DNA of 64,000 nt from Podarcis filfolensis. Lineage: Eukaryota. The notes under the pieces are model-generated. The model searched no databases. It was not told the origin of the DNA and saw only the letters and a list, made by a program, of their open reading frames with translations. Location: assembly GCA_964270895.1 (NCBI GenBank), contig OZ185437.1. The stretch is one strand, 5' to 3'. A program made the position numbers and the translations under genes. This document shows positions 45,357 to 57,374 of this stretch, piece by piece; position 1 is the first letter of the stretch; every line of letters begins with the position of its first letter.

Positions 45357-45582
45357 CAGTGGTACCTTGGGTTAAGTACTTAATTCGTTCCGGAAGTCCG
45401 TTCTTAACCTGAAACTGTTCTTAACCTGAAGCACCACTTTAGCTAATGGGGCCTCCCGCTGCTGCCGCGCCGCCGGAGCACGATTTCTGTTCTCATCCTG
45501 AAGCAAAGTTCTTAACCCGAGGTACTATTTCTGGGTTAGTGGAGTCTGTAACCTGAAGCGTCTGTAACCCGAGGTACCACTG
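45357..45582. mobile_element. Tc1/mariner-type MITE
   Basis: Same TIRs, TA TSD. Confidence 0.9.
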
Positions 45583-45670
45583 TATTCCTCTTCACCAGTT
45601 CGTATGCCATTATGCAATTTGGTACTTTTTAAGGTGCCACAATACATTACTGCTTGTTCAGAAAAACCCC

Positions 45671-45968
45671 TGTTATGTACTGAGTTGAATAGGATCCAAA
45701 AGGCAGCAGTCTGATTGGTGCTAGAACAATAGGGTCCAGAATGCAGCAGTCTGATTGGTCCACAGGAGCCACCCAATCCAGCTCCAGGTGGAAGTGAATC
45801 CGCAAACCGATTGGGCTACAGGTGAATCCCAGAATTAGCCAATCACGTCGGGCCCATTGTGTAAATAATGTACATAAAGCAGACATTCTGGGGGAACTTC
45901 CATTCCTCCTCACCACTATGAGCTGAATAAAGAGCATGAAATCCACTCTCGACTCCGAGTATATTTCA
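45671..45968 (+). mobile_element. Solo LTR, CCAAT-rich
   Basis: TG...CA ends, AATAAA near the 3' end, 5-bp TSD ACCCC (45666-45670 and 45969-45973). Confidence 0.8.
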
Positions 45969-48334
45969 ACCCCCAAAGACATTTAAGTGTTCATTGGATA
46001 AAGCAGGGACTGAAGCTGCTCTCATCTACCTAGAGATTCAAGCCCTCCCCTTGCCACCCAGGCAAACATGAAAACTTCTGCTCAACCTGGGAGGTCTGGC
46101 AACTCTATGTGGACCAGACCTTAATAAATTCTTCGGGTTTAAGACCTTTTGCTGCACCCAAAGTCGAGAGGCAGAGTACCCAAGCCTGATCCAGTTATTT
46201 ATTAATCAAGTTAATTATTAAAGGCCTTGTACATTTATACAATTCATATGTTTACTTCAAGCACTATATATTCCACACATCACCAGGATTAAATAACCAC
46301 TTTTAAGAGCCATATCTATAACATAAATATGCAGGATTTATCTCGATGTGAAATTTATGCCCAATATCCCCATAGGTTTTGCAGCCATCATTGGAAACAC
46401 ACTTAAATTTGCAATTTTAGATGCATACTCTAAACTCATAAAAGTGTGTGCATCTTCAGAAGATGCCAAGGGAATTGTGTTATTAAGTAGCCCTTACTTT
46501 CTCAAGCTCTGTTCATTTAAAAATTCAATAGTTTTGGTTCAAAATCCCATACCAGCATTTCTCAGTCCATTACCAAGGAAATCAAAGCTAGATGAAAGTG
46601 TATATGTGTATATATATAACACAATATATATATGGTATATATATAACACAATATATATATGGTAGATTTTATTGCAGAGTGAAAAGACCATGTATAGAAA
46701 TGTAGGCATCCGCCTCCAGTTTTGTGGCTTATGCCATAATTTACAGTACTACAAACCAATTTTGTTTGTTTTTGCATCAACATGCGACATTTGAAACTCC
46801 GGTGTATCAAGTAAAAAAACAAAATCGGAGTCAAATTGTTATGCTTTTTATTTGATATGTAGACATTTGAAATGCCATATATTGATAAAAAAACAAAAAA
46901 AAGATACTTGTTGCACTGTAAATGATGGCATAAATAAAGAAATGGGCTGGTCTTTAAGCTTCGGCAAAAGTGTTATTTTCACTGCAACAGAATAACAGTT
47001 ACCTCTCTAGAACATGTTGTTGTGCAGCTATAAAAAGATTACCTTTTTAAAAATGCACCATCTTTCCCATATTCTGAAGGATACCAATACAAAAACATGA
47101 GCACTTGAACACTGGTGAGCCTTGAGCAAATTATGCTTTTGGTTTACCAGTATATAAAATCTTGTTAAATATCCAAAATGGTGGTTAAAAAAAGTATGGG
47201 GAAAAGATCTGGGAAACGTTATCGAAGACAAAGATTGGGACAAATTGAGGTCAAGCAACCCTGAGATGGTTTCTGCTAATATTAAAGAGGCCACTCAAAA
47301 AATATTACATCAGTGGTAAAGGCCGCACATGCAATGGGTTCTCATTACCTCCACGATCAGTTGTGTTTTGGAGGGGATGTGGGATTAAAGGTACATATCA
47401 TCACCTCTGGCGTGAATGCACTCTGATATGAGGGCTTGGTCTTATGTACAAAATGAACTGATTAGTATTACAGGTGATAATAGTGAATTTACTCTAGCAT
47501 TATTTTTGCTTTCTATGCTTATGGGACATAATAAGGATATCAAGTCTAAGGACTTAATTTCACACTTTCAAATTGTGCAAAAACTTGGCAGTGCAAAAAC
47601 TCTGGACAGCCATAACTTACCAACAAAGTACAGAACGATTTAGACTTTAGCAATGGTGGAGAAAATTACACATAATATCTGAGCTTCATAAGGAAAAGAA
47701 AAGCCACTATAATTTTACGTCACCTGGCATGACTTTATTACACGTGCATCCAGCAAAGACCTACAAAAACACACACACCGGCAGTTATGGACTTTTGGCA
47801 ACTTCAGTGTATATGAATTGAACTCTTTGCTGTGCCTTTTATATTGCGTGGGTTTTTTGTTTTCCTTTTTCTATGTTTTATATAGTATTTTTTTTTGCTT
47901 TAACATCAGGAATAGATACATGATGATGATAGAGATAGATAGATGGCTACACACTTAGACCTGCTCATCCAGGTCTTATCTTCTTATCTGTGTTCCTTGC
48001 AGGAGTTCCAGCCCAAATCTGGAATGTTTCTCCTTTTCCTTCCTTCCTTTTACCAACTCATGGTGTGACATGCAAAGTTCCCCAGGGCACTGTGCTATGC
48101 AGCACAACAAAGAGTATAACCTGGTTAATATTACCTTGGAACCTTTTTCATAAGTTTCCATCTGTATGGAGAGATTTCAATATGTATACTGAAGGTCATC
48201 CAGAATTTAATGCCATGGAGGCAATCTCTACAGGCCCATTTAAACACATGGCAGTGGCCGAATTACACTTCCTTCCAGCAATTCTCTACAAAGGGTAGAG
48301 CATGTGGCCATTCTAGATTTCAGTACATTCCAGG

Positions 48335-48657
48335 TGAAATATACTCAAGAGTGGAGTGTGAATTTCATGCTCTTTATTCAGCTCATAGTAGCAATGAATG
48401 AACCTTTCCCCAAAACGTCTATCTATATATACATTATTTACACAATGGGCCCCGCATGATTGGCTAATTGCGGGCTGCTCCTGTAGGCCAATCAGGTTGC
48501 TGAGTCACTTCATCCAGGAGCCTGATTGGCTGCTCCTGCAGGCCAATCAAGTCGCTGATTCACTTCCACCTGGAGCTGGATTGGGTGGCTCCTGCAGACC
48601 AATCAGACTGCTGCATTCTGGATCCTATTGTTCTAGGATTCAGCTCAGTACATAACA
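48335..48657 (-). mobile_element. Solo LTR of the same family, opposite orientation
   Basis: Reverse-complement homologue of 45671-45968; 5-bp TSD CCAGG (48330-48334 and 48658-48662). Confidence 0.8.
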
Positions 48658-48989
48658 CCAGGTATGCAACTAACAATTACTGCAGAGCTGCTGTAGCTTT
48701 TAGCAGCATTCATTTATTTGGTTTTGCAAGGTAAGGAAAGTACATCCACACCATACAATGTAGGACCCTCACAGAGCTACAAATACCAGCACCCTTAAAA
48801 AACTACAGCTCCCAGGATTCTTTGGGGAATCCATGACTGTTAAAAGTGGTATACAAGTGCTTTAAATCTACAGTGTGGATGTGACCATAGGGGGCATAAG
48901 TTAACAGCCAAATGTTTTATCATATGTGGCCTACCCAGATGCGTAGAATGTTGAGTTAATTTTAATCTTGTCTTGGTATTTTAATTTTT

Positions 48990-49400
48990 GTATGTTTTAA
49001 AGTACAGTTGGAAGACTGGAGAAGTACCATCAAAAGCACCATGGCAAGAAAAGTTGACGAAGTATGCAGAGTTAGCAAAGTTAATGGACAAACTGCGTGA
49101 AAAGGACAATAGTGACTTTGAAAAAGAATGGGAACTCTTTACAATATATTTGCAGAAACAACAAAAAGAAATGGTCTCGCTGGCAGGATTTAAATAAACA
49201 TTTACAATTTTAATTACAGAGAACACGAAGTATAACAATGTGATAACATAAAATTGTATATAAACAGCAGAATGTATCATCTGATGTAATAAACCAGAAA
49301 TGGTAGTTGAGGGAAGTCAACGGGGGGGGGGGGGGGTTTGGAAAACATACGTTTAACAATGATATTGGATATTTGTTTTGAGAAATGAAAATTATTAAAA
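48990..49400 (+). mobile_element. L1 LINE 3' fragment
   Basis: WKTGEVPSKAPWQEKL..YAELAKL..FEKEWELFTIYL resembles the L1 ORF2 extreme C-terminus. Confidence 0.55.
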
Positions 49401-50445
49401 ATAAAGTACAGTTGTGATTTTTTCTCGATGGTGGCTCTCATTTACTCTCCATCTACTGTACAGGATGAGTTTTCTAAGAACATGGTTGGTGCAACATCTG
49501 GAAGGGCCAATTTACTACCTTTCATGAATTATGGCAGGGGTGGTAAACCTGTGGCCCTCTGGTAATTGTTGGAATCCAGCTCCTATTTGTTCCAGCCAGT
49601 GGTCAATGGGGGTTTGTTCTGCCAAGAACAGTTATTATTTTTGGATTTGGACAAGCCAACAAGCATGCCAGGTTTGTTCCTTGATAATATTTTATTTACA
49701 GGTAGGATGTGAAAACAAGGAACAAAGGGAAATGCAAAAAACTAATAATTTATATCCCTTTAGTCACTGGGAAGCCCTCAAAACAACAATGGGCAAGTTC
49801 GTGAAATAGCCATCTTCCATAGTCTTGATCTATGCTAAGATTCATGGAGTTTCCAAGCCCCCCCCCTTTGCAAACTTAAACATTCTCGGGGACCAAGTGA
49901 CTAGACACCAGCGTTCCTTTAACTGGTGGCCAGTCTTGAGGCCCTGCTGCCCATGACTAAGTGATAGGCAAGAAATTAGCCACCTTATCAGCAGGAGTCC
50001 AAACCCATGATAAGAGATGCAGCTGGCTAAAGGGGGTCCCAGACCCCCTCCAAAAGAATGGTCTGGGTATGAGGCGACATTGCTGTATGTACACCTCAAG
50101 CTTCTCACAATACCAAGGCATTCTGCATTACCGTTTCAGAGTTGTGGCCGAACATCTGAAGGGCCAGTGGTTCCTCATCCCTGCATCATAGCTTTAATGT
50201 AACTATAAAGCACTACTATTATTGATTCTAACTTCTTGTTCTAAGCATATTCCCTTGGTAGCGATACTTCCAACAGGGCTTTCTTTCATGTGTGTATGCC
50301 TGCAATTGCATCTGAAACCTGTGACCACAAACAATATTCAAGGTTCATCTCCTTCCCCAGAATTTCTAGAAGTCAACTCTCTGACTGTATGTGAGTGTAT
50401 GATGCATCTTGTCCACAGTGCACATATGTAGAAATGTATGTAAGT

Positions 50446-50601
50446 CATAGCTGTCAACTTTCAGATTTGAAAATAAGGGATCAGCAGCCTCACCCGTCCC
50501 GGGGACAGTCTACGGGATATCTAAGAATCCGGGATAGCAGCGGGAAACGGCGCTGGAATAAGGGAATTTCCCGCCCAAAAAAGGGAAGGTTGACAGCTAT
50601 G
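50446..50601. mobile_element. hAT MITE with CATAGCTGTCAAC TIRs (longer variant)
   Basis: Perfect 8-bp TSD ATGTAAGT. Confidence 0.85.
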
Positions 50602-52089
50602 ATGTAAGTGCATATCAACATGTGAATTCTACACTAAAGCATCATGCACAGCCAGGCAGGGGTATATTTTGAGCTGTTAACATATTGTAATACAATTGTT
50701 TTTCTCTCTAGCAACAAATACCATTGTGTTTGACTTTGAAGTGAATTGAGGGCAGGCTCATGTAAAGCAAATAAACACAGCACCATCAATGTGGGATGGG
50801 CAATTCAAATCCCTATTGCGGCATTGGACTTGGCAGAGAGGTTGAAAAGCCAATATGAGGATGAAAAAATATTCCATCCCTGATAGCATTTTGCGCTCCA
50901 AAACAATTTTTAAAAAAATTAATTTTCACGAGGAAACAACAATGAACAGGCAACTTCCTCTGCAACCCTCTGAAGGACAAGCAAGTGAAAAGCTTTTGAG
51001 GCTATCTAAAGTAGAAGAAATCAAGAGTCCAAATGGCAGGCCTTTTTTTTAACCCCTGGCGGCTGCCACCAAATTGGATCAGGCTGGCTAGCAGACCACT
51101 GGGGCAGGATCAGGCCTGTGGGTTGATGGTCCACCACGTGGTATATAGGAAGAAGAGCAGGCCTTGACAATATGTAAAGGCCGGAGTGGCACTTGATGTG
51201 ACATAATGGCGTTTCAAGCATATCCCAATGTCTTCTGTGAAAAGCTTGTGGGCATGTGGCAATATCCCCGGGTTTCTTGGGAAGAAGGATCCACCTCCGC
51301 AGCTCTGTGGGGAAGAATGGGGAGTCTCCCAACACCTCCCAGAACCCTTAACAAAACACTGATCCTGCTTTAAATGCATAGTGCAGATGGAGCCTTACGT
51401 TCCTTCCCCGGAGTTGGAAGCTATCATTTTTAAAATGCAAGCTAAGGACAGAACTGTGAAGGCCTTTCCCTGCAACCAGGCCTGCGAGGCGGTTTTCAAA
51501 GGAACTCTTTCATAAAAGGCGCGAGACGAAGCCTGGCTTCGTCCGCCAAGTCCAGCCACCCCCCTCAAACTCCGCTCCCACCCGCGGAGGGGAAAAGCCG
51601 CCACCTTCCCTTTCGGCTTCTTTTTCCAAGTCCAAACTTCCTTAAGAGTCAGGGAAGCGCCTCCCTCCCCTTGTCTGCGACGCACAAAACACACAGCGCG
51701 ACTTTCCCGGTTCTTTTGCTTTGCGGCAGGACCCTTGCAGATCCGAAGTTTGCCCCCCCCCCACCGCAGGCAGCGGTCGGGTCTTTGCTCTCCTCTCCCC
51801 CACCGTGCCCGCGGTTGCAGCGCGCCTTCCTGCAGAGCAATCCCCACCCGCGTTGCGATCCACCTAGGCGCCTCCCTCCTCCTCCTCCCTCCCTTGGCAT
51901 CTGCTCTGCCCTCCTCGGGAGAGAGTCGCACTTGGAAGGCATCATCCTTGGCTTGGGCTGGAAGAACAGCCCATATTTTTTTTTAAATTTCCCCTTTCCA
52001 CACTCCTCTCTTCCATTCATTTGCTATATACATATATGTATAGTGTGAGCCGTGTAAAAAAAAAGGGGGGGAGGGAAAAAAGGTGAGTG

Positions 52090-52135
52090 AGAAAGAAAGC
52101 AAGAAAGCAAGAAAGAAAGCAAGAAAGCAAGAAAG
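52090..52135. repeat. (AAGAAAGC)n purine repeat inside the CpG island
   Basis: Direct reading. Confidence 0.9.
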
Positions 52136-52344
52136 CCAAGTCCCCGCCGACGTCTCCTGCCCTGCCGTGGCAGCGGCCGCTCCGCATTCTTGGCATTCCT
52201 GGGCCGTGACTCCGAGGTCGGCGGCTGCTCCTCCAAGCAGCTCCGCGTTACGCGCCAGAGAAAGAGCGCCGTGCGCGCGCGCGCTTCCCGACCGCCACTC
52301 CGGCTCCTCCTCGCTTTATAATCCAGACTCCAATCCCCTCCCTC

Positions 52345-52876
52345 ACGTCCTTTCCCCACCCTCCTGGCTCCCTAGCCGCCCCCTGTCCCAGCGCCCGTCC
52401 TGCCCTCCTTCCCGAATTTTATGCCTCCTCTCTCAAACTTCTCCAAACTTTCCCCAGCGCCGCTGGGACGCACGAGTGTGTTTCTTAGCGAAGGGGGAGG
52501 AGAAGGCGGAGTCGGTTTTCCTTCTCTTTCTCTCCCTGTTTGCTACTTCCCAACAAAACTTCGCCACCATCCAGATTCTCCCTTTTCTCACAGCACCGCC
52601 CCCCCCCCGCGTCTCCAGCTATTATTATTATTATTATTATTGCAGCGAACAACTTAAAACTTTCTTCCCCTTGCTGCGTGGATATTTTTTATTTTTTGGT
52701 GAAGAAGTAAACTTTGCGCATCCATCGCTGGATCTTCCTCACGGAGTTTTGTATTGGTGCGTGTGTGCTTTGCATAAAAGCTTTACTTTTTCTCTTGGGG
52801 GCGGAGAAAGGAAGGGATCCCAGCGGACGAGGCGCGTTGGGGAGAAGAAGCTGCTTTTGGGTGACCCAAGAAACAG
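52345..52876 (+). other. PTPN14: Putative non-coding first exon (5' UTR) of PTPN14; start approximate
   Basis: Consensus donor CAG/GTAAGT at 52876/52877 at the end of the CpG island; no recognisable coding exon in the following 11 kb, consistent with a long first intron. Confidence 0.55.
52620..52641. repeat. (TAT)7 repeat in the putative 5' UTR exon
   Basis: Direct reading. Confidence 0.9.
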
Positions 52877-55862
52877 GTAAGTGCAGGGATCGGAGCGGGG
52901 GGGGGCGAAATTGAAGAGTTTGGACGCAGTTTATAGCGTTAAACAGGAAGCTGGAATCTTGTGATAAGACGATGCTGTGTGTTTTGTGTTAGGGGGAAAA
53001 GTCTGCCTATAAAATGTGGGAGCAGTTGGCATTCAGTTTCTGAGACAAGCTTCTACTTCTTTTACTCTCCCCCCCCCTCCACCCCGCCCCGATTTTAAAT
53101 AGGGTTGGCTAATGTGCAGCTTTGCATTTAGAGGGAGTCCTGAAACTCAAAGGGCCTTTTAGACAAAACACCACTTTTGTAACCTACAGTGCATGCCTAC
53201 TTGAAAGTAAGTCACATTAGGTTCAGTGGAGCTTGCTCCCAGGTAAGCAGGTTTGGGATCACGCTCCTTCGCTCCTTTCTGTTGTTTGTTTTAAAGCCGG
53301 TAAACAGATGAACGAACTTCTCTGCTCCGTGGATCTTTTGCTCAACTTTCAGCCAGCTCCCCTCCCACTCTCTGCTGGGTGAATTTACCTTCTTGCTCTT
53401 TGTTAGTTACCAGTCAAGTCTATACTGGTCACCCAGCGCTGGCAAACTGCGGTGTCAAGAAGCAAGGAATGTGGTGGCGTCTGCTTGTGTTCCTTGTCTG
53501 ACAAAATCTATTAATCTAAAAAAAAAAAAAAAGTTTCTAAAAGCTATCTTTTAAGGGATGAGTCACTGGCGGTCCAGTATATACACAGAATAAGGTCTCT
53601 GTGTGTGTGCACTTAAACATTGTAAATGGGATGAGGTTTGCTAGTTTTGAACTCTGTGGGCAAAAGGGCCCTTTTGATTACAAGTTTCTTTCTTTGTAGT
53701 CTCTTGGAATGTGGATAATGAAAGGTGCGGATAATGAAGGGAAGGTGTCAGATACGGAATGTCTTGCTTTAAATATTTCCCCCTGTGATGTCTTTATTCC
53801 TGTGAAATGTGCATGCTGAAAAGTTTATGTAATAGGAAGACTTGTTTTATATTTGCAATGTTTATTTTAGAAATAAAGCACACACAAGTGGTTTCTGTAG
53901 ATCCTAGTCATGCGTGGACTTTTACAAGCTCTAAGCTGGCGTGCTTAGATGCTCACTAGCCATTAGGAATGCAAGGAAAGCCATGGTGGACCAAACCTAG
54001 AGTCTACCTAGGCTTAGCCACCTATGTATTGTGGCCACCTAGATGCATCAGAGAAACAAGTAGGACACGAAGGTAGCTTACCTTGTTGCTTGATGCTGGC
54101 AGTTCATATATTTGCATGCTGTAATGTTTTGTCCACAACTTGCGCTGCTAGTGTATATAATGTGGTCTCCACCAGCTGGATTTCCCAGTGGATATGAGAG
54201 GTGGATCTACTGTATTCAGGCCGTGCTTAGCAGTAGCCTTGGAAAGAATGTCTAGATCTGGACCTTTTTTGATTTGCACATAAATGCGGATCACTGGATT
54301 GCTGAGACTGATAATTGTGCAAGAGATGCCTGGCTGCGGAATGTGTGAACCGGTTTAAGTGAAAAGCAGTGTGTCTGGGCCAACATGATAGTGATGGCTC
54401 ATACATACAGGCGTCACTTGATATTGTAGTCATCCTATGATAGCCAGGGATGTGTGAACCAGACAAGCTGCGTGGTGAGGTAACTTGGGCAAGGGGGTGG
54501 TGACTTACCTGAAGCAGATCACTCAACTTTGGGGTCTCCGGCAACTAAGCTCAGAATGTTGTCCATCACTACTGATTTTTGGATCTGGCTTGTGGTCATG
54601 GTGAATGAGGGCCTGGGTGCCTTTTGTAAGCTTCTTCTCCCAGCTCCCATTTATAGTGTTGTTTTCCAGCGTGCTTTAAGAACATAAGAAGAGCTCTGCC
54701 ATATGAGACCAAAGGTCCATCTAGTCCAGCATTCTCATTGGAAAACAGTGGCCAGCCAAGGTTACTAACCCTGATGACTATCACTGTACGTACCTCCACT
54801 GTCAGAAGCAGTACTGTATGACCCTGCATACCAGCTGCTGGGAAAAGTGCTTTTGCGCTAATACCCTCCTTGCAGGCTTTTCACAAGCATCTGGCTGGCC
54901 ACTGTGATAACAGGATGCTGGACAAGCTCTTCTTACGTTCTTCTGTTAGCCAGACACATATGGAAAACTCACTAACACGGCACAAGTGCAAATGCACTCT
55001 CTCACTTGTTCTTCTCAGCAACCGGTACTCAGAGGTATCCTTGTCATAATGATTAATAAGTAATATTTCTCTCACTGATCTCAGGTGGACTTACTTCTCA
55101 GTGAATGCTAAACCATCCTAAAACAAGCAAGAATGTTGACTTTAAGTCAGTTAATCCATGAGTGTATTTTGGGAGTCTTAATAGTGCAATGCTACTCAGA
55201 GGAAAGTTCTGTTCATTGGGGCTTACTCCTTGGCAAGTAGAGATAGGATTGCAGTCTAATTTGTGAATCTTTTTGAACTCTGGCAACATGGATTGTGTTA
55301 TTTACTTTGCAAGATGGAAAAAGTATTTTGTTGATGATGATAGTGATGTTAATATAAGTTTGGGTCAAATGAAAAGTCAGGGTTTGGTGGCCTTACAAAC
55401 AAATGGCTGGGGTTAGGCATGTTTTGTGGACATAATTAAATATTTTCAGAAGAGGCTTGAAAACCGATGTACTTCTGTGTTGTGGCTGGCAGAGGAAGCT
55501 CTTTTCATACCAAAGAGGAGCATGAATGAGCATACAGTGCCTGACCAAAACACCTCAAGATATCACTGTGTAGTAAGCACTTGAATGAGGATGCTAATTA
55601 GTGGTGTTAGAAGAGAGGGCAGTGCAATTCACAATCCAATTAAGTTGCAATACTTGATTAGGCTTTAAGTAGGCCTATCAACAGGATTCAATAAATATTA
55701 GGCAATAATCTGATGCTCACATATGCAAAAGTAAATCCCGTTGAACTTAGTGGGTAGCAGTTGCTTGGCTCTTAAAGGATTTGGGGGAATGGGCCCATAG
55801 GCACAAATGTGCATAACATCTGCATATGCTTATCTGTGTGTTTAGATAAAATTTAGAACACT

Positions 55863-56147
55863 GTTTCTCAGACTTGGGTCCCCAGCTGTTGTTGGACTAC
55901 AACTCCCATCATCCCTAGCTAGCAGGATCAGTGGTCGGGGATGATGGGAGTTGTGGTCCACGAGAGACTCCCACGAGAGGTTGTGGACTCTCTTCCCTTG
56001 GCGGTTTTTAAGAAGGTTGGATGGCCATCGGTCATGGATGCTTTAGCTGAGATTTCTGCATAGCAGTGGGTTGGATTAGATGACCCTTGGGTTCCTTCCA
56101 ACTGTTAAGATTCTATGATGGGAGTTGTAGTCCAACAACAGCCGGGG
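55863..56147. mobile_element. Related hairpin MITE interrupted by a CR1 3' fragment (55961-56114)
   Basis: GGACTACAACTCCCATCATCCC arms split by a CR1 tail ending ATTCTATGAT. Confidence 0.75.
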
Positions 56148-56289
56148 AGTAAGCCAACAATTTTCCCATCCAAATCAGCTTAGACTCTTTCTTCAGTTAC
56201 TTTGCACACACCGTTCACTCCATATTGGCTCTTTTTATCTTTATTTACCCCCTCTTCCCACAATTTCCCATCAAATTCTATTATAAATT

Positions 56290-57030
56290 GAGGGAATGCT
56301 CATCAAATTTGCAGATGACACCTAACTGGGGGGGGGGCAGCTAATGGAGATGGGCAGGGCTGGGTGGTAGGACACTTCCGCCCAATCCAAGCCCCCCCTC
56401 CCCCCCACAACGGTGCAAAGGTGCAACTGCATTTGGTAGACTGTGTACAGTTCCGTCGTGTCACATCCACGAGGATACAGTGGTCCCTCGGGTTACATAC
56501 ACTTCAGGTTACAGATTCTGCTAACCCAGAAATATTACCTCGGGTTAAGAACTTTGCTTCAGGATGAGAACAGAAATTGCACGGCGGCAGCAGGCCCCAT
56601 TAGCTAAAGTGGTGCTTCAGGTTAAGAACAGTTTCAGGTTAAGATCGGACCTCCAGAACGAATTAAGTACTTAACCCAAGGTACTACTGTATTACGGAGT
56701 TGGAGAAGGTTCAGAAAAGGGCAGCCAAAAGAATCAAGGGGATGGAACACCTTCCCTATGAAGAAAGCTTGCAGTGTTTGGGACTTTTCAGTTTAGCACA
56801 AAAGTGAGAGGCGACATAATCTAAGCTTTTATCAAATTAAGTATGGTTTGGAGAAAGTAGATAGAGGGAAGTTTCTCTATATCAAGGCACTAAAATTTAT
56901 GGACATCCAATGAAGATGAATGTTGGAAGACAAAAGAAAGTACTTTGTGCAGGGCATATATAGTTAAACTGTGGAACTCGCTCTCACCAGAGGCAGTGAT
57001 GAGGGCAGCCAACCTGGATGGCTCTAATAA
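56290..57030 (+). mobile_element. CR1 LINE ORF2 fragments
   Basis: KFADDT RT motif at ~56308 and ELEKVQKRA segment from ~56696, interrupted by other sequence including a MITE. Confidence 0.7.
56478..56689. mobile_element. Tc1/mariner-type MITE lying within CR1 remnants
   Basis: Same TIRs, TA TSD. Confidence 0.85.
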
Positions 57031-57338
57031 AAGAGGACTTTATTCCGACTTGTCTATTATGGCCCATGTCTCCTGTTTCAGAACAGTCGTTAAACATACA
57101 TTTATACCTATGGAATGATGGCAATGATAGAAACCCAGATATATAATCTAATCACCAAATAGCAGCTTTGGTATTGTGGTACCTACCTTTTGAAATTCCC
57201 TCCTCTCGAATATTAGTCAGATGCAGACTCTGTTGTCTTTTTGGTGCCTTACTTTTCAGACCTTCCTCTTCCAACAAGCCTTTTAAATTGAGATCTTTCC
57301 CAGTCTGCAGCTGTGTTGGCATTGCAAGCTGTTGTGTA

Positions 57339-57339
<1 letters not shown>

Positions 57340-57374
<35 letters not shown>

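Larger units (their letters stand above)
51480..52920 (+). promoter_or_regulatory. PTPN14: CpG island promoter, probably PTPN14
   Basis: Dense CpG/GC stretch, TATA-like TTTATAA at 52315-52321, tandem TEAD-type sites at 52185-52199. Identity is inferred only from the conserved head-to-head PTPN14-CENPF synteny. Confidence 0.6.

Noticed and set aside
46290-46665. 105-aa ORF and opposite-strand coding-like sequence between the two LTRs, as a possible retroelement interior
   Set aside because: The LTRs are inverted and each has its own TSD, so they do not flank one provirus; no gag/pol motif is recognisable and the minus frame has stops
52083-52880. 265-aa plus-strand ORF and overlapping minus-strand ORFs (51395-52359) in the CpG island
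   Set aside because: They start at non-ATG codons or are low-complexity, reflect stop-codon scarcity in GC-rich DNA, and resemble no protein I recognise
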